The notes below the pieces were generated by a model. The model did no database searches, was not told where the DNA came from, and saw only the letters and a list, made by a program, of their open reading frames with translations. DNA of 64,000 nucleotides from Octopus vulgaris (taxonomy: Eukaryota). A program made the position numbers and the translations under genes. The stretch lies in contig OX597819.1 of NCBI GenBank assembly GCA_951406725.2, positions 56,606,001 to 56,670,000 on the forward strand. The letters are read 5' to 3'. Below are positions 27,850-42,077 of the stretch, in pieces (position 1 is the first letter of the stretch; every line of letters starts with the position of its first letter).

Positions 27850-28635
27850 ATATTAAGTACAGGACATCACCAGCGAGCGAAAAATACGTAAGCACACAGC
27901 GAACGAACAAACCACACCAGACCGGATGAACGGAAACGATCGATGACGACAGACGTTTAGGGCCGTCAGGCCAAGACGAATTCTAATGGGTAACACCTAT
28001 GTCTTTACTACCCACAAGGGGCTAAACACAGAGAGGACAAACAAGGACGGACAAACGGATTAAGTCGATTATATCGACCCCAGTGCGTAACTGGTACTTA
28101 ATTTATCGACCCCGAAAGGACGAAAGGCAAAGTCGACCTCGGCGGAGTTTGAACTCAGAACGTAACGGCAGACGAAATACGGCTACGCATTTCGCCCGGT
28201 GTGCTAACGTTTCTGCCAGCTCGCCGCTGGGTAACACCTGGGCGTCATTTCCCTCGCCTCTTGATATATTTTTTTTTCGCTTCTGTATTTTCTCTACTAT
28301 ATATTCTATATCCTCTCAAAATTTATCCCAGGCATTACCTGTTACAATTCGTTTTGGCATAACGGCCCTAAACGTCTATCTTCGTCGATCGTTTCTCTGG
28401 TGTCGTTTGTTCGTTCGAAGCCCTAACTCTCCAGAAGTTTTATATTTTTAAAATTTCTAGATGCTGCTGTCTTATGAAGTTTTCTTGTCCTGTCGTTAAA
28501 AGCTCGAAACAGGTAGTAATAAACAATCGACAACTTAGGAGGAGTTTGACTTCTTTTGGTATTTTGTCTCGTACTTGTCTCTCGTTGTGTGTTTACGTAT
28601 ATTTCGCTCATTGGTGACGTCCTGTACTTAAAATA
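27850..28635. mobile_element. Long-inverted-repeat (MITE/foldback) element interrupted by a SINE
   Basis: 27850-27900 pairs with 28582-28635, and 27899-27998 pairs with 28327-28417 (both imperfect). Confidence 0.75.
27999..28227 (-). mobile_element. SINE family B with 12-bp target-site duplication
   Basis: TGGGTAACACCT at both 27987-27998 and 28228-28239. Confidence 0.93.
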
Positions 28636-28649
28636 TGTATGTTTACATT

Positions 28650-28743
<94 letters not shown>

Positions 28744-28802
28744 GGGAGTGTGTGTGTGTATGTGTATACACACACAACACACACACACACATACATATAT
28801 AT

Positions 28803-28962
28803 AGTCAATCCTAACATGAACAAGCAAGAAGAAACGACAACGCGAGGACATGGAATAAGTACAGTGTTATTGGACGTTCCGGAAAGGAAAGAAAAGAGCA
28901 TTTCACGTTTCGAGCGGAGCTCTTCATCAGAAATATAGAAAAAGTCTAAAGAAGGGAAGACG
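28803..28962 (-). mobile_element. Penelope-like pLTR fragment with minimal hammerhead motif
   Basis: Minus strand 28934-28900 reads ATTT-CTGATGA-A-GAGC(TCC)GCTC-GAAAC-GTG-AAAT. Flanked by TA repeats and homologous to 6590-6750. Confidence 0.7.
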
Positions 28963-30802
28963 ATATATATTCTGCTGAAGATATAGCTTACGTTCCTTTA
29001 AATTCTCAGACATATTAAATGAGAATGTGGAACAAACATGTATGTATGTATTATTTATATGTTTTTGCACGAATAAATATACCTGTATATAGACACACGC
29101 ACACATCTATATACACACGTATACATGTATAAATATTTATGTACATATGTGACCTTTTGTTGGTTTGTTTGTGTGTGTCTATGTGTGTGTATGTGGGTGT
29201 ATATGTGTGTGTGTATGTGTATGTATGTATGTGTGAGGGAGACAGAGATGTAAATAGATAGATAGAGAGATATGAGTGCTTCAGCAAGTCAACGTCAGGC
29301 CACTATGTAGCTGACAGGAGCCCCATTTCTCGAGTTACTAATTTCCTGGTTTCCTGCACAATTTCACCTGGAAGGCTAATGTCAATCATAGGATAATTCG
29401 AGTGAATTGAATAGTTTCATATACATAGAATTTATAATAGCAAATACACACACACACACACATATACACACACGCATATCTCCCACTACCCACATACTCA
29501 CACACATTTATTCACATTCATATGAATATATATATATATATATAAGCGTTATAATCTCATAGATTATAGCACCTTTAAATAATTACATACTATAAAAACG
29601 TTATTACCACTTTCAAAATTGATACAATTACTATTGGTTTCGTACGGGATATGATAAAATCCAAAAAGAAGCTTTATTTATAAACTACATTGATTTTTAA
29701 GTTTGTAAACATAAACATGATACATGGAAAAATATTATAAATTTTGATTGGAAAAAGAAATAATCAAGTGTTTTAATATTTCACTTAAGCATTACCAGAT
29801 TAGAAACAGTGTTATCTTTTTCTTTTAAATCATTTTTCGTATTGTTAATAATTGCCATAATTCGATTAAACATTTTTTTTTTATTTGAGTAATCGTTACA
29901 TTGATCAGTTAAATGTTTTGGAGTGAGTGTTTCCTTTATTCTACTCCGATCAATTGCTTTCGATAAACTGACACGTCACCGGTAAATAAGATACATCAGT
30001 TTAGTGTCATAGTCTAAAGATTGTTCTCAACCGTTTTGTCCTCCTCTCGTTGAAATAGGGAAGAAAATATAAAAGGTTTTATCCTTGTAGTTACAAAAAG
30101 GAAGCAAAAACATTGTCGTAGTAAATTGACAATGTTTTGTTACCAGCAAATCACAAGAAAACAAACATATGAATTAATGTAGATTTACCTTGTATTCAAT
30201 ATTTCGGGGTTATGACCACATTTTCAAGAAATTAACGAATGTTGCCGATGTGCGTGTGTGTGAACGTGTGTGGAGGGGACATGCGCTGAAAGGTGTTACT
30301 AGAGCAGAATTTGATCTCAATGTGAAGACGGGAGAAACACCGCCAGGCATTTAATAATAATAATAATGTTGACAATGATAATAATAATAATAATATTTTT
30401 ATAAGCTTAAAACTTATAAGCGATCACCGTGTATTGACCAAAGAAAATATATGCATGTATGGAAGCGTGTATATCTATACATTTATACAGGTACCTATAC
30501 AAATATGAGTATGAGTCTTTATGCTTGCTTCACACTTAGCGCTCGGCAACAGATGTTGCCTTGTTTGTATCCTTGTAACCCAACGATAGTTTAATTACCA
30601 GACTTTAAATTTAGAAATGATGTTGAATCTTTTGTTTAAACTCTTCGAGGAGGCGGTGTCCCAGCATCATCGCAGTCAAATGACTGAAACAAGTAAAAGA
30701 CAACGCAGCTCCACATTGTTCCCAGAGACCTGTGATGAGAGGGTTTTTGCCTTAACAATTCTATGTTTTTTCTTTCAGACATAGTATATTTAGAACTATA
30801 TA

Positions 30803-31370
30803 TTGGGTTGTCCAGAAACTTCGTGCCGATTTATAGTAGCTTACCTTTCGACTTATTTTAGAACATGGTTGAGTCCATAAAATAGGATTTGACTACACCT
30901 CCATTTAGAGAGCACTGTTTAAGCTATCTTTTCGTGGAAGAAGGTTTATGTTCCTATATCCTGTGTTAATTCTGTAATCCTTTAAAACGGAAGATAAAAA
31001 AGTTTATTTTCGGCACTTGATGCTTCGGGAACCAGACAAAATTTGCTGCAGCTCGGCTGGGATGTGTTACCCTGCCCTCCATATTCACGAGACATTGCCC
31101 CTTGGGATTTCCACTTATTCAGGTCTCTGCAGAATAGGCTTAATGGTAATAATTTCAATTCCTTGAATGACGTAAAAAGATACCTTGGTGAAGTCTTTGC
31201 AATGAAACCACCTCAATTCTGGAAAGATAGTATTTTCAAGTTAAAGGAAAGATGGAGACGCATTGTTCAACAAAATGGTTCATATTTGGTTGATCAAAAA
31301 TGTAATGGCAAGTATTTATTGACCTTTTTCTTTCCTTTAAAAATCGGCACGAACTTTCCGGACAACCCTA
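30803..31370 (+). mobile_element. Mariner internal-deletion derivative (retains catalytic C-terminus)
   Basis: Same TIRs as 15202-15748, with TA flanks. ORF from 31043 LGWDVLPCPPYSRDIAPWDFHLFRSL...RWRRIVQQNGSY contains the mariner YSPDLAP.D motif region. Confidence 0.93.
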
Positions 31371-32491
31371 TATATAAGCAAAGTGACGTTTTCTTAAAGT
31401 GGCTTTATTCTGGTATGAAGGTGATTTGGATGTATCTTGTAGAAGATTATGCGACACTGTATATACTCCGCCGTTAATATCAATCATCCCTGATCGATAA
31501 CAATCTATGACCAAATACATGTCCTTTCTAGTTGATGACGTGAAATTGTGATTTGAGGGAGAGTTGACTGATATATTTAGGAGATCGAGCAGCAATATAG
31601 TATCTCCGATTTTTCTAAAATACGAAAATAGATTAAATCCACAGTCAACGTACATACTTGTTTAACTGTGATCATGAGCTTGGGGAAGAAAACTGATGCT
31701 GTAGCTCTGCAATATCTGAAAAGAAAAAAAAAACACTCTGTATTCATAACATCCGATATTGAGAAGATGGGGAAAAATTATGAAGGATTCGATTCTATAC
31801 ACGCACCCCATACACACACACGCGCGCTTGCACACATAGCACATATATAAGAATGTGTGTATAACTGTGTTAATATATACATGGCCATTACGTGGGCACA
31901 CACATATACATAGCAATTTAACTGACAAAAGTTTTACTACTACCTCATATATTGGCTAAAATAGCTCTCGACAAAAACCGAGACATTCTATGTTAATTCT
32001 CACCAGGATTATAGTTCGCCACAAGCTATATATATTATATATCTAAATGTTTTCTTTGAGAATATTTCTTTTAAACAAGACACCAAATCGGAATCAACAT
32101 TGGCCAGATAACATGAATTGTGAAGCTGAAAGACATAGTATTGTTTTGATTATATAAATGTCTGCGTTTCTTTTGAGAATTATCGCTAAAGCTCAATAGT
32201 GTTACTTCTTTCTGTTTATTATTTCCTGTTTTTTTCTTATATTTTTTATGTATTTATTTCTTTATTTTCAAACTCTTTGATAAAATAGTTCTGCGTACAT
32301 CTCTATTTTCATTTTATTTTATTTCTTTTATTATATTTCCTAAAGACATTTTATCAAATGTGTGTGCATTTATGCGCAAATATCGCAATGTGTATAGTCG
32401 TATGTGCTCCATGAAGGAAATAGTAACGTCAGTGTGATTATAGGATAACACACAACACACATTCAGACGCACTCACACACTCGTACACACA

Positions 32492-32554
<63 letters not shown>

Positions 32555-33062
32555 TTGTCTTTTATGTGAAGCTGTATATAAAAAAGAGTTGAATATAAAA
32601 TTGAAGGATCATTCAATAGCATTTACAATGGCACCATACTTATGTTTACATGGAAATGAACGCTTGTGACTTCGAAGTTTCGGGTTACAAGCCGTCATTA
32701 GTTTGATAACAGCTTAACAGCCGACACCAGACAAATGACGACTGCAGTACTATACACATTCGGACGTACACTCGAGCATGCACACACACACACACTCACA
32801 CAGACACACACTCACACAGACACACACTCACACAGACACACACTCACATTTATGCACACGCACACACACACACACACAAACGGACACACATGAGAAAGCA
32901 AATAAAGCATTTACACATAGATATTTCTTACAATGCGAAGAGAGAATTAGAATTTCACCCATCTACAGAGGACACAGTAAAAAAATACTGGAGATAAGAG
33001 ATCAGCCAAAAGGAGTCTTCAGCGGAAGTATTAGCGGTTTCATCGTCGGTACCAGAAACTAC

Positions 33063-33094
<32 letters not shown>

Positions 33095-33396
33095 AAGGGA
33101 CAACAGCAGCGAAGGGAGGCTGGAGGCAGATGTATATTTAAAAATTTTTGTTATAGTAATACATTACATACATACGTACATAATACGTACATACATACAT
33201 ACGTACATAATACGTACATACATACATACATACATACATACATACATACATACATACATACATACATACATACATACATACTTATATATGTATAAAAACG
33301 GGGTAAAATATAATGGAAAAATTATATAAATATAAATATTCTAATTCATACATGAATATTTGATACATGAATATTTCAGTAAAGTATTACGCACGA

Positions 33397-33515
<119 letters not shown>

Positions 33516-33708
33516 TCTTCTTAGATTGCACATCATTCAATATATCCCGCTCCCATGCAGTTTATGATTATTCTCTGAATAACACAGCCTCAAGCTTCAC
33601 GAAGAACTTAACGTAAACTACTAGATTAATAATATAAATAACGCTAGCCGGTCACAAATACGATGCTGCCTCGAAAGTTAGGTTTAAACATGGTTACATA
33701 TGTAGTCC

Positions 33709-34090
33709 GTGGAGGCGCAATGGCCCAGTGGGTAGAGCAGTCGGCTCGCTGTTGTAGGATCGCGATTTCGTATTCCCATACAGGGTGTTGTGAGTGTTTA
33801 TTGAGCGAAAACCCCTAAATCTTCACGAGGCTCCGGCAGGAGGTGGTGGCGAACCCTGCTGTACTCTTTCACCACAACTTTCTCACATTCTTTCTTCCTG
33901 TTTCTGTTGTGGCTGTATTTCAAAGGCCCAGCTTTGTCACACTCTGTGTCACGCTGAATCTCCTCGACAACTACGTTAAAGGTACACATGTCTGTGGAGT
34001 ACTCAGCCACTTGCACATTAATTTCATGAGCAGGCTGTTCTGTTGATCGGATTAACTGGAACCCTCGTCGTCGTAACCGACAGAATGCCA
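33709..34090 (+). mobile_element. tRNA-derived SINE family C (long-tail variant)
   Basis: GTGGAGGCGCAATGGCCCAGTGG head and a body shared with 50980-51150; the 3' part differs. Confidence 0.85.
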
Positions 34091-34329
34091 CGATATGCAG
34101 TCCACTAATAATCTCGGTGGAATTTGAACTCAGAACGTAAAGACGGACGAAATACCGCTAAGCATTTTGCCCGGCGTGTTAATGATTTTACCAGCTCGCT
34201 GCATTAATTGTGCATAACATATTGGCTAGAATTAATTTCAGCAAATAATCTGAAACATTCTATTTTAAATACGGAGATGTACTTGTATAGCAAGTGATTT
34301 GATCTGAGATCGTGTGCTGAAACGAAAAG

Positions 34330-34515
34330 AATTGCAGCGTGGAAGGTGTTTGTAAGCCATTTAAGAAACACACAAAAGTCGTTCAATTCGTGGGATTTTT
34401 GTCAGCGGTCTTAAAGCGACGAAAATATTTTGACAAATTAAATTTAAATGTTGAAGTGAATCGAACGACTTGTGTGCTTCTTAAATGGCTTACAAACACC
34501 TTCCACGCTGCAATT
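34330..34515. mobile_element. MITE with ~55-60 bp TIRs
   Basis: AATTGCAGCGTGGAAGGTGTTTGTAAGCCATTTAAGAA and its exact complement TTCTTAAATGGCTTACAAACACCTTCCACGCTGCAATT. The interior resembles 1885-1936. Confidence 0.85.
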
Positions 34516-35032
34516 GGATTCTATTTTAATTCTCAATGAAAATACGTTTCACAACTAGATGGTTTGAAAGCACCAAATAATAGTACTATTCACCATACTA
34601 TACAGGCCGGAAGCATAGAAGATATAATTAAAAGTTGCCAGGAAAATCGCCTGCACATGATGAGAAAGAGGAGAAAAAAAAAACACAGGAAAGCAAGGTC
34701 AAACATTTTCTTATCGTCGAAAAAGCGAAAACAACTGCCAAGAAGGAAATGTTGTAGTCTGAAGGAACGCTAGTCTGTTTTGCCTGGAGACAAAAGAGAC
34801 ATTAAAAAAAAAAAAAGAAAGAAAAACGGTTTAGAAAACCTTTATAGTGTAGGTCATTCGCCACCTACGGTTATTTTTCGTATCTTATTTCAATTTCATT
34901 TATGCAAATTAACTGAGAAAATTTGTATCTTCTCTTTTCATGTTTACAAATAATTCCAACAAATTAAGAATATTTATCGACTGGTTTTTAATTCACCATT
35001 ATACTTCTCTATATATCAATATAAGTATGTAC

Positions 35033-35097
<65 letters not shown>

Positions 35098-35098
35098 T

Positions 35099-35134
<36 letters not shown>

Positions 35135-35158
35135 CATATATATATATATATATATATT

Positions 35159-35212
<54 letters not shown>

Positions 35213-35796
35213 TAGATAGATACATACATACATACAGAAAGAGAGAGAAAGAGAGAAAGAGAGTGAGTAAGAGATAGAGAGAAATACATGACATACATAT
35301 ATATATCTCAGAAAATAGTAACATTTTACATGCGCGGGCACATGTACACACACGCGAGCGCACACACTGATATATACAATATACACGCATTTTACCTTTG
35401 TATACATATATAATACATACATACACACACACGTTGTGTTTATATACATGTTATCTGTTCAATTATGTTTGGGGCATCTCCGAACTCGTAAGAAAGCCAT
35501 TCCCTGTGTTTTATCATGAAGAAAATTTTTCGCTGTAGACAAATAAGAATAAACACATCAAATCATTCTGAAGTTCCCTTTTACCAATCTGATGAATGCA
35601 TGCAGTTTGAAGTGGTTATTTCCTCCTCAGCATCGAATACCACATAGTGGAGTGTTATGAACAGATTAGAGATAATGGATATCTCTTATAATATTACCGT
35701 TATCGCATTGTGAGTGATTACGATGGTGATCCATCGTAGCTCAACCTATCGCACTACGATACAAGCCGGCAGTTATACACGTCTGTTTGTTTGTAC

Positions 35797-35827
<31 letters not shown>

Positions 35828-36177
35828 TGTATGTATGTATGTATGTATACATGCATGCATGTATGTATGTATGCATGCATGTATGTATGTATGTATGTAT
35901 GTATGTATGTATGTATGTATGTATGTATGTATGTATTCTTTCTTCTCTCTATTCATCTCGTTATTCCTTTACTCCCTTACTCTATATCGTCATTTCATCA
36001 ATATATACCCTTCTCATTTTTCCTATTTGTCTCTGATGACGGAACATACCATATTCTGGGATATCCCAGAAACAACTGTAAGACTTCGATTTTTTCCAAA
36101 AATAAAAATGTATATGACTTGAGATTTTTGCCTTGCCTTAACGTTTGTTGTGCTCTTTAATAATTATATATATATTT

Positions 36178-36602
36178 ATTTATTTTTTTCTCTAGTTTTA
36201 GCTCAGAGCTGCGGCCATGCTGATGCACCGCCGTTTTGTGCTACACTGTTATTGCGAAGAACGTCGTCTAATATGTGGCACTTGGTGAAGAATGGAGTTT
36301 GATATAGCTACTCTCATTTGCACCTCTTGCCGTGAGGTAGGTTCATCTGGGACTTTCGACAGGAAGATGTCCAGCTTTGATTTAAAAACCGCTACATCTA
36401 CTTTGTGCAAGTTCCTCAGACTCTTTGGGAGAATATTAAAAAGCTGTGGGCCCTTGAAACCCAGGCTGTTGCAGAAGCTGGTCCTGAAGCGTGATGGCAT
36501 TGCTAGGATCTTTGGCACTATGCAGTGTCGTCCCGTTCTAGCATTGGTGTAGCTTACAATGCCAAAATTTGGCGCAATTCCTTCCAGGATTTTCCAGACA
36601 TA
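36178..36602 (-). mobile_element. CR1/L2-like LINE 3' end (ORF2 C-terminus plus 3' UTR)
   Basis: ORF 36249-36518 ...SLGFKGPQLFNILPKSLRN...FKSKLDIFLSKVPDEP is typical of a LINE ORF2 tail. The 3' UTR ends in A-rich repeats. Confidence 0.8.
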
Positions 36603-36800
36603 TATATATATATATATATATGTAATAATAATAATATTAGGGAGTATAACTCCAAACTTACAAAGGAAAATTCAAATCTCACAATATAAATATATATATA
36701 AATTAGAGAAAAACCACTATTATGCAATTCAAACAATGATAGACATAAACCAAATCATAAATAATAAATAAAATATATTAAAAAAAATATATTATATTAT

Positions 36801-36866
<66 letters not shown>

Positions 36867-37932
36867 ATGTGTGTGTGTGTATGTATCTATGTATATATGT
36901 ACGCATATATATTAGACAACAATGAATTTATAGTCAGAGCATTACGACGCATGATTGATCTATATTCTTCAACTTCTAAGATATTCAAGAATAGTGTAAC
37001 TGCGTCGCTCTATCTTGTGGATCCTTATTTTATTTAATATGATGACGATAGTTTAATTAGATTAAATGATGACAGACAGTCATCCATGTTTAACTTTTGT
37101 TCTGTTAATGCTCCTTTCAATGCAATTGATGATGAAAATTCTGAGTATCTTGTTCGCAAACTTCTATAAAATGTTCATATACAATTTCTATTGGGAAGCT
37201 ATCAGAGCACGTAGAATCCAATTCATATTTAATTCAGAGTTATGTTCCAAGTTTGAACGTTACTTGTATGACAGAGGGCTGTATCTTTCTGAAAAATAAA
37301 ATAAAAACCGCTGAAAAACTATTTATGACAGAATGCTGTGCCATTTAAGTGATTTACAATAAAAATGATTTATATTTCTGCATATCACCAAAAGTACCTT
37401 TACCCTCATCAACTCGTGTTTTTCTATTCATTGAAAAACCTGGCTTTCACATTCAACAATATATATATATATTCGTCAAACTAAATGATAACGACCAAAA
37501 CTCCACCGACCTCCGTCGTTCCGATTTGTTCAGCATTTTGGTCTTATTCGCTTTTAAATACATCGTTGCTTTCTTCTTTGCAGAACTTCGTTCACATACG
37601 CGTTTTATCAATATTAGTTTTGCGTACTAAAGTTAGATACACGTAAAATTATCAACTAGCCTAAAAGTAACAAGAGATAGCCTCATATCGTTCTTGTTCA
37701 ATGCTATTATTGCGTTCTTAGAAACATCTCTAGCTTCCCAGATCTCATGGTCACTCGGCAATGCCTCTGTACAATGCACCTGTTAAAGTTTGTAATCACT
37801 GCTTGATGACTGTCCTGACGTAAATTCATCGGTATTTTCTCTTCTATTGTTTTCATTGTGGTAATTTATCAGATTAATGTATGTATCTCTAACACAAAGA
37901 AAAATTCCAAGCTGAAAACAGAAAAAGAAATA

Positions 37933-38085
37933 GGCGTGTGGTAAGTAGCTTGCTTACCAACCACATGGTTCCGGGTTGATTCCCACTACGTGGCACCTTG
38001 GGCAGGTGTCTTCTGTTATAGCCTCGGGCCGACCAAAACCTTGTGAGTGGATTTGGTAGACGGAAACTGAAAGAGGCACGTCGTA

Positions 38086-38140
<55 letters not shown>

Positions 38141-38357
38141 CTATATGTTTGTGTGTCTGTGTTTGGCCTCCCAACATCGCTTGACAAACGATGCTGGTTT
38201 GTTTACGTCGCCGTAACTTAGCGGTTCGGCAAAAGGGACTGATAGAATAAGTACTAGGCTTACAAAGAATAAGTCGTGGGGTCTAATAGCTTGGCTAAAG
38301 GCGGTGCTCCAGTATGACCGTAGTCAAATGACTGAAACAACTAAAAGAGAGTAAAAG
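37933..38357 (+). mobile_element. SINE family A
   Basis: Head, CORE-like segment, TA/TG centre and tail. Confidence 0.9.
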
Positions 38358-38462
38358 GGTGTCAAAATGATACGTGGTTTCAAAGGGTACGTACGCCTCA
38401 ATAAATTACTAGAAATAATATCTTGTATATACATACACACTCACACAGACACACACACACAC

Positions 38463-38532
<70 letters not shown>

Positions 38533-38757
38533 TTGTTTATATAAAACATCCTTTCTACTAAAGGCGAAAAGGCTTGAAATTTTGATAGGAGAGGGTTGCT
38601 CGATTACATCGACTCCGGTTTTCAACTGGTTCTTTATTCAATCGACCCCCGTAAAATGAAGGGCAACGTTGAAAAAATGGGAAGAAAAGCCACTAAAGCA
38701 CATATATATATATACATACATATATATCATATATATATATATACATACATATATATC

Positions 38758-38799
<42 letters not shown>

Positions 38800-38835
38800 G
38801 TATATGTATATAGAAATAAGTACGTATGCATACAT

Positions 38836-38900
<65 letters not shown>

Positions 38901-39568
38901 CGTGTGTGTGTGTGTTTGTGTGTGTATGTGTGTATGTGAGTGCATATATAAGATGATGATGAAAACATTTCTCTATAGAGCTCATTTTTCAAAGGTAATT
39001 ACATAAGTAGGAAAAATGACATATTCTGAGTAAAGATATTAAGCATAATGAACGAATGGATTCTTAAAAGCTGAGGTATTGCTATATGTGATGTATATAT
39101 ACGTACGGATATGTGTGTGTGTAAGTACGTGTGTTTGTGCTTCCGTCTGTATGCATGCGTGCGTATGTGTTTCTATACATATATATACATATATATATAT
39201 ATACATATATATATATACATATATATATACATACTTATATACAAACATATATATATATATAGGTATATATATTTGTATATATGTAAGTGTAATGTACATG
39301 TATGTGTGCGTGTGCGTGTGCTAGCATGTGTGTGTAGTAAATATATATATATATATATATATGAAAGCATTTTAATATTCGAGTGTCTATACAATCATTA
39401 TCAAGTTAGGATGCGTTTTAAGCACTCACAAAAAACATAATCGCAATTCGCATATGTTAATCTTCACTTCTTATAATACTGTTCGTTCACATACCTGTCA
39501 GAAATTTTCAGTGCAACAAACTTCTATGAAAGAAACAGAAATACACAATCTAGCATTCATATATACAT

Positions 39569-39625
<57 letters not shown>

Positions 39626-39708
39626 GGTCCCGGGTTGATTCGGGGTTAACCACAGTAAGTAAGGTACTCAATACATAGCAGAGTAAAATTAATTTATTAT
39701 ATAGAAGG

Positions 39709-39759
39709 AGCTTCTACAGGACTAGTACTGTTTCATTCAAGAGAAATCTTCAGGAAGCT
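39709..39759 (-). ncRNA. Type I hammerhead ribozyme motif
   Basis: Exact reverse complement of 42027-42077. Confidence 0.75.
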
Positions 39760-40155
39760 ATTTAACAAGAATTGTATTAGCATTTATACATTTAGGCAGG
39801 TTTAAAGGAGTGGTGGTGGGGGACTTTTTGGGGGTAGGCATAGCGCAAAATATCATACTTGGGGGAGGTCGGTCAGCCATATATACATGTACATGTACAT
39901 GTATATATGTATGTGTGTATATGTATATATGTTTATATATGTGAGTATGTAGTGATATAAGTATATGCATGTGTATATGTGTGTGTGTGTATATATATAT
40001 ATATATGTATGGGTATGTGTATCAGTGTATATGTATATATGTATGTGTGTGTGTATGTATATGTATGTATATGTGTATATATGTATGTGTATATGTGTAT
40101 ATGTATGTATATATGTGTGTATATGTGTGTATGTATGTGTATGTGTATGTATGTG

Positions 40156-40235
<80 letters not shown>

Positions 40236-40512
40236 TGCGTGTGTGCATGTATGCATATATGTATGTATGCATGTATATGTGTATGTATATATATGTGTGT
40301 AAGTGTGTGCATATATGTATATGTAAGTATGTGTGCGCGTATGAGTATGTATGTATGCTTGCACACGTGTATATATATGTGTGTGTGTGTATATATATGG
40401 ATGCGCGTGCGTGTGTGCACGTGTATGGGTACGCATGTATATGTGTATGTGCGTGTATGTGTATACGTGTATGTATGTATGTGTGTGCGTAGATTTGTAT
40501 ATGTATGTGTGA

Positions 40513-40547
<35 letters not shown>

Positions 40548-40723
40548 TGGGTGTGTGTATGCGTATAAATGCATGTAAGTATGGATGTATGGATGTATGT
40601 ATGTATGTATACGTATGTATGTGTGTATGTGTGTATGTATATATATATATGTGTGTATATATGTTTGTGTATGTATATATATGTGTATGTATGTGTGTGT
40701 ATATGTATGTGTGTATGTGTATG

Positions 40724-40781
<58 letters not shown>

Positions 40782-41174
40782 TATGTATCTGTATGTAGGA
40801 GTATATATGTGTGTGTGTGTATGTATATGTGTGTATATATATATATATGTATATTTATTGGTGTATATGTATAGACTAGCCTCCTAAAGTGTAGACACGA
40901 ATCTGTAGGTACGAGTACGTATGTGTATATACGTGAACGTATGTAGATGTTTGTATGTATGAATATAACGCGTGCGTACGTGTATGTGTATGAGTGTACG
41001 AATGGGTGAATGTACGTGCTAATGAGTGTGCGTGCGGGAATGAGTACTTGCCTTCTAGTAGACAGACAAATGGACATGCAGCCATTGCCAGGATTCTTAG
41101 CTCTAGCGATCAAAGATAACAAAAGTAATAAATGAAGATAATAAAATTAAAATTAGGGAATGGGCCTGTATTGG

Positions 41175-41211
<37 letters not shown>

Positions 41212-41324
41212 ATGTATGTATGTGTGTATGTGTAGGTATGTATAGGTACACATGTGTATGTGTATGTGTATGTATATATGTGTGTATGTATGTATGTGCA
41301 CACATGTATATATATGTATGCGTG

Positions 41325-41364
<40 letters not shown>

Positions 41365-41663
41365 TAGGTGTATGTGGGTGTATGTATATATAGGTGTAAA
41401 TATGTGTATATAGGGAACTAGGTGTGTTGTGTGTGCATGAGTGTATGTGCGTATGAATATATATTTTTATGTGTATATATGTATGTGTGGTCGTGGGTAT
41501 ATATATATATATATACATGTGTGTATGCGTGCATGCATGGGAGTGAGTGTATGCATATATACGTGTGTGTATGTGTAGACAGGTATAGGCATGTGCATGT
41601 GTATAAATTTGTATATGTGGGCGGGTGTATGTATGTGTGTATGTAGATATGTATGTATGTGTG

Positions 41664-41708
<45 letters not shown>

Positions 41709-42026
41709 ATATATATATATGTGTATATATATATATGTGTGTAGATACGTATACATGTGTGTATAGGTATAAGTGAGAATCTCCTTATTTACCTATAACT
41801 CTATCCCCCTTTTTTTATATATATATTTTTATATATATATTTTTTATATATATTTTTTATTTTTTTATTTTTTTATTTATCTATTCTTTCATCTAACTTA
41901 CCACTGACTCCTTGACCACTCCCCCAAGTATGATATTTTGCGCTATGCCTACCCCCAAAAAGTCCCCCACCACCACTCCTTTAAACCTGCCTAAATGTAT
42001 AAATGCTAATACAATTCTTGTTAAAT

Positions 42027-42077
42027 AGCTTCCTGAAGATTTCTCTTGAATGAAACAGTACTAGTCCTGTAGAAGCT
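42027..42077 (+). ncRNA. Type I hammerhead ribozyme motif
   Basis: AGCTTC-CTGAAGA-T-TTC(TCTT)GAA-T-GAA-ACAG(TACTAGTC)CTGT-A-GAAGCT. It has a 6-bp stem I, the CUGANGA box, stem II, GAAA, a 4-bp stem III and a GUA triplet; predicted cut after 42071. Confidence 0.75.

Noticed and set aside
37180-37295. Minus-strand splice-acceptor-like site followed by QKDTALCHTSNVQTW
   Set aside because: The frame closes quickly. It is more likely a very old Tc1-type fragment (D.APCHTS motif) than a host exon, and too weak to annotate.
39853-41776. Long ORFs up to 366 aa rich in Y/I/H/T/C/V
   Set aside because: These are read-throughs of (TA)/(CA)/(TATG) microsatellites, which lack stop codons. The same applies to most ORFs in the track.
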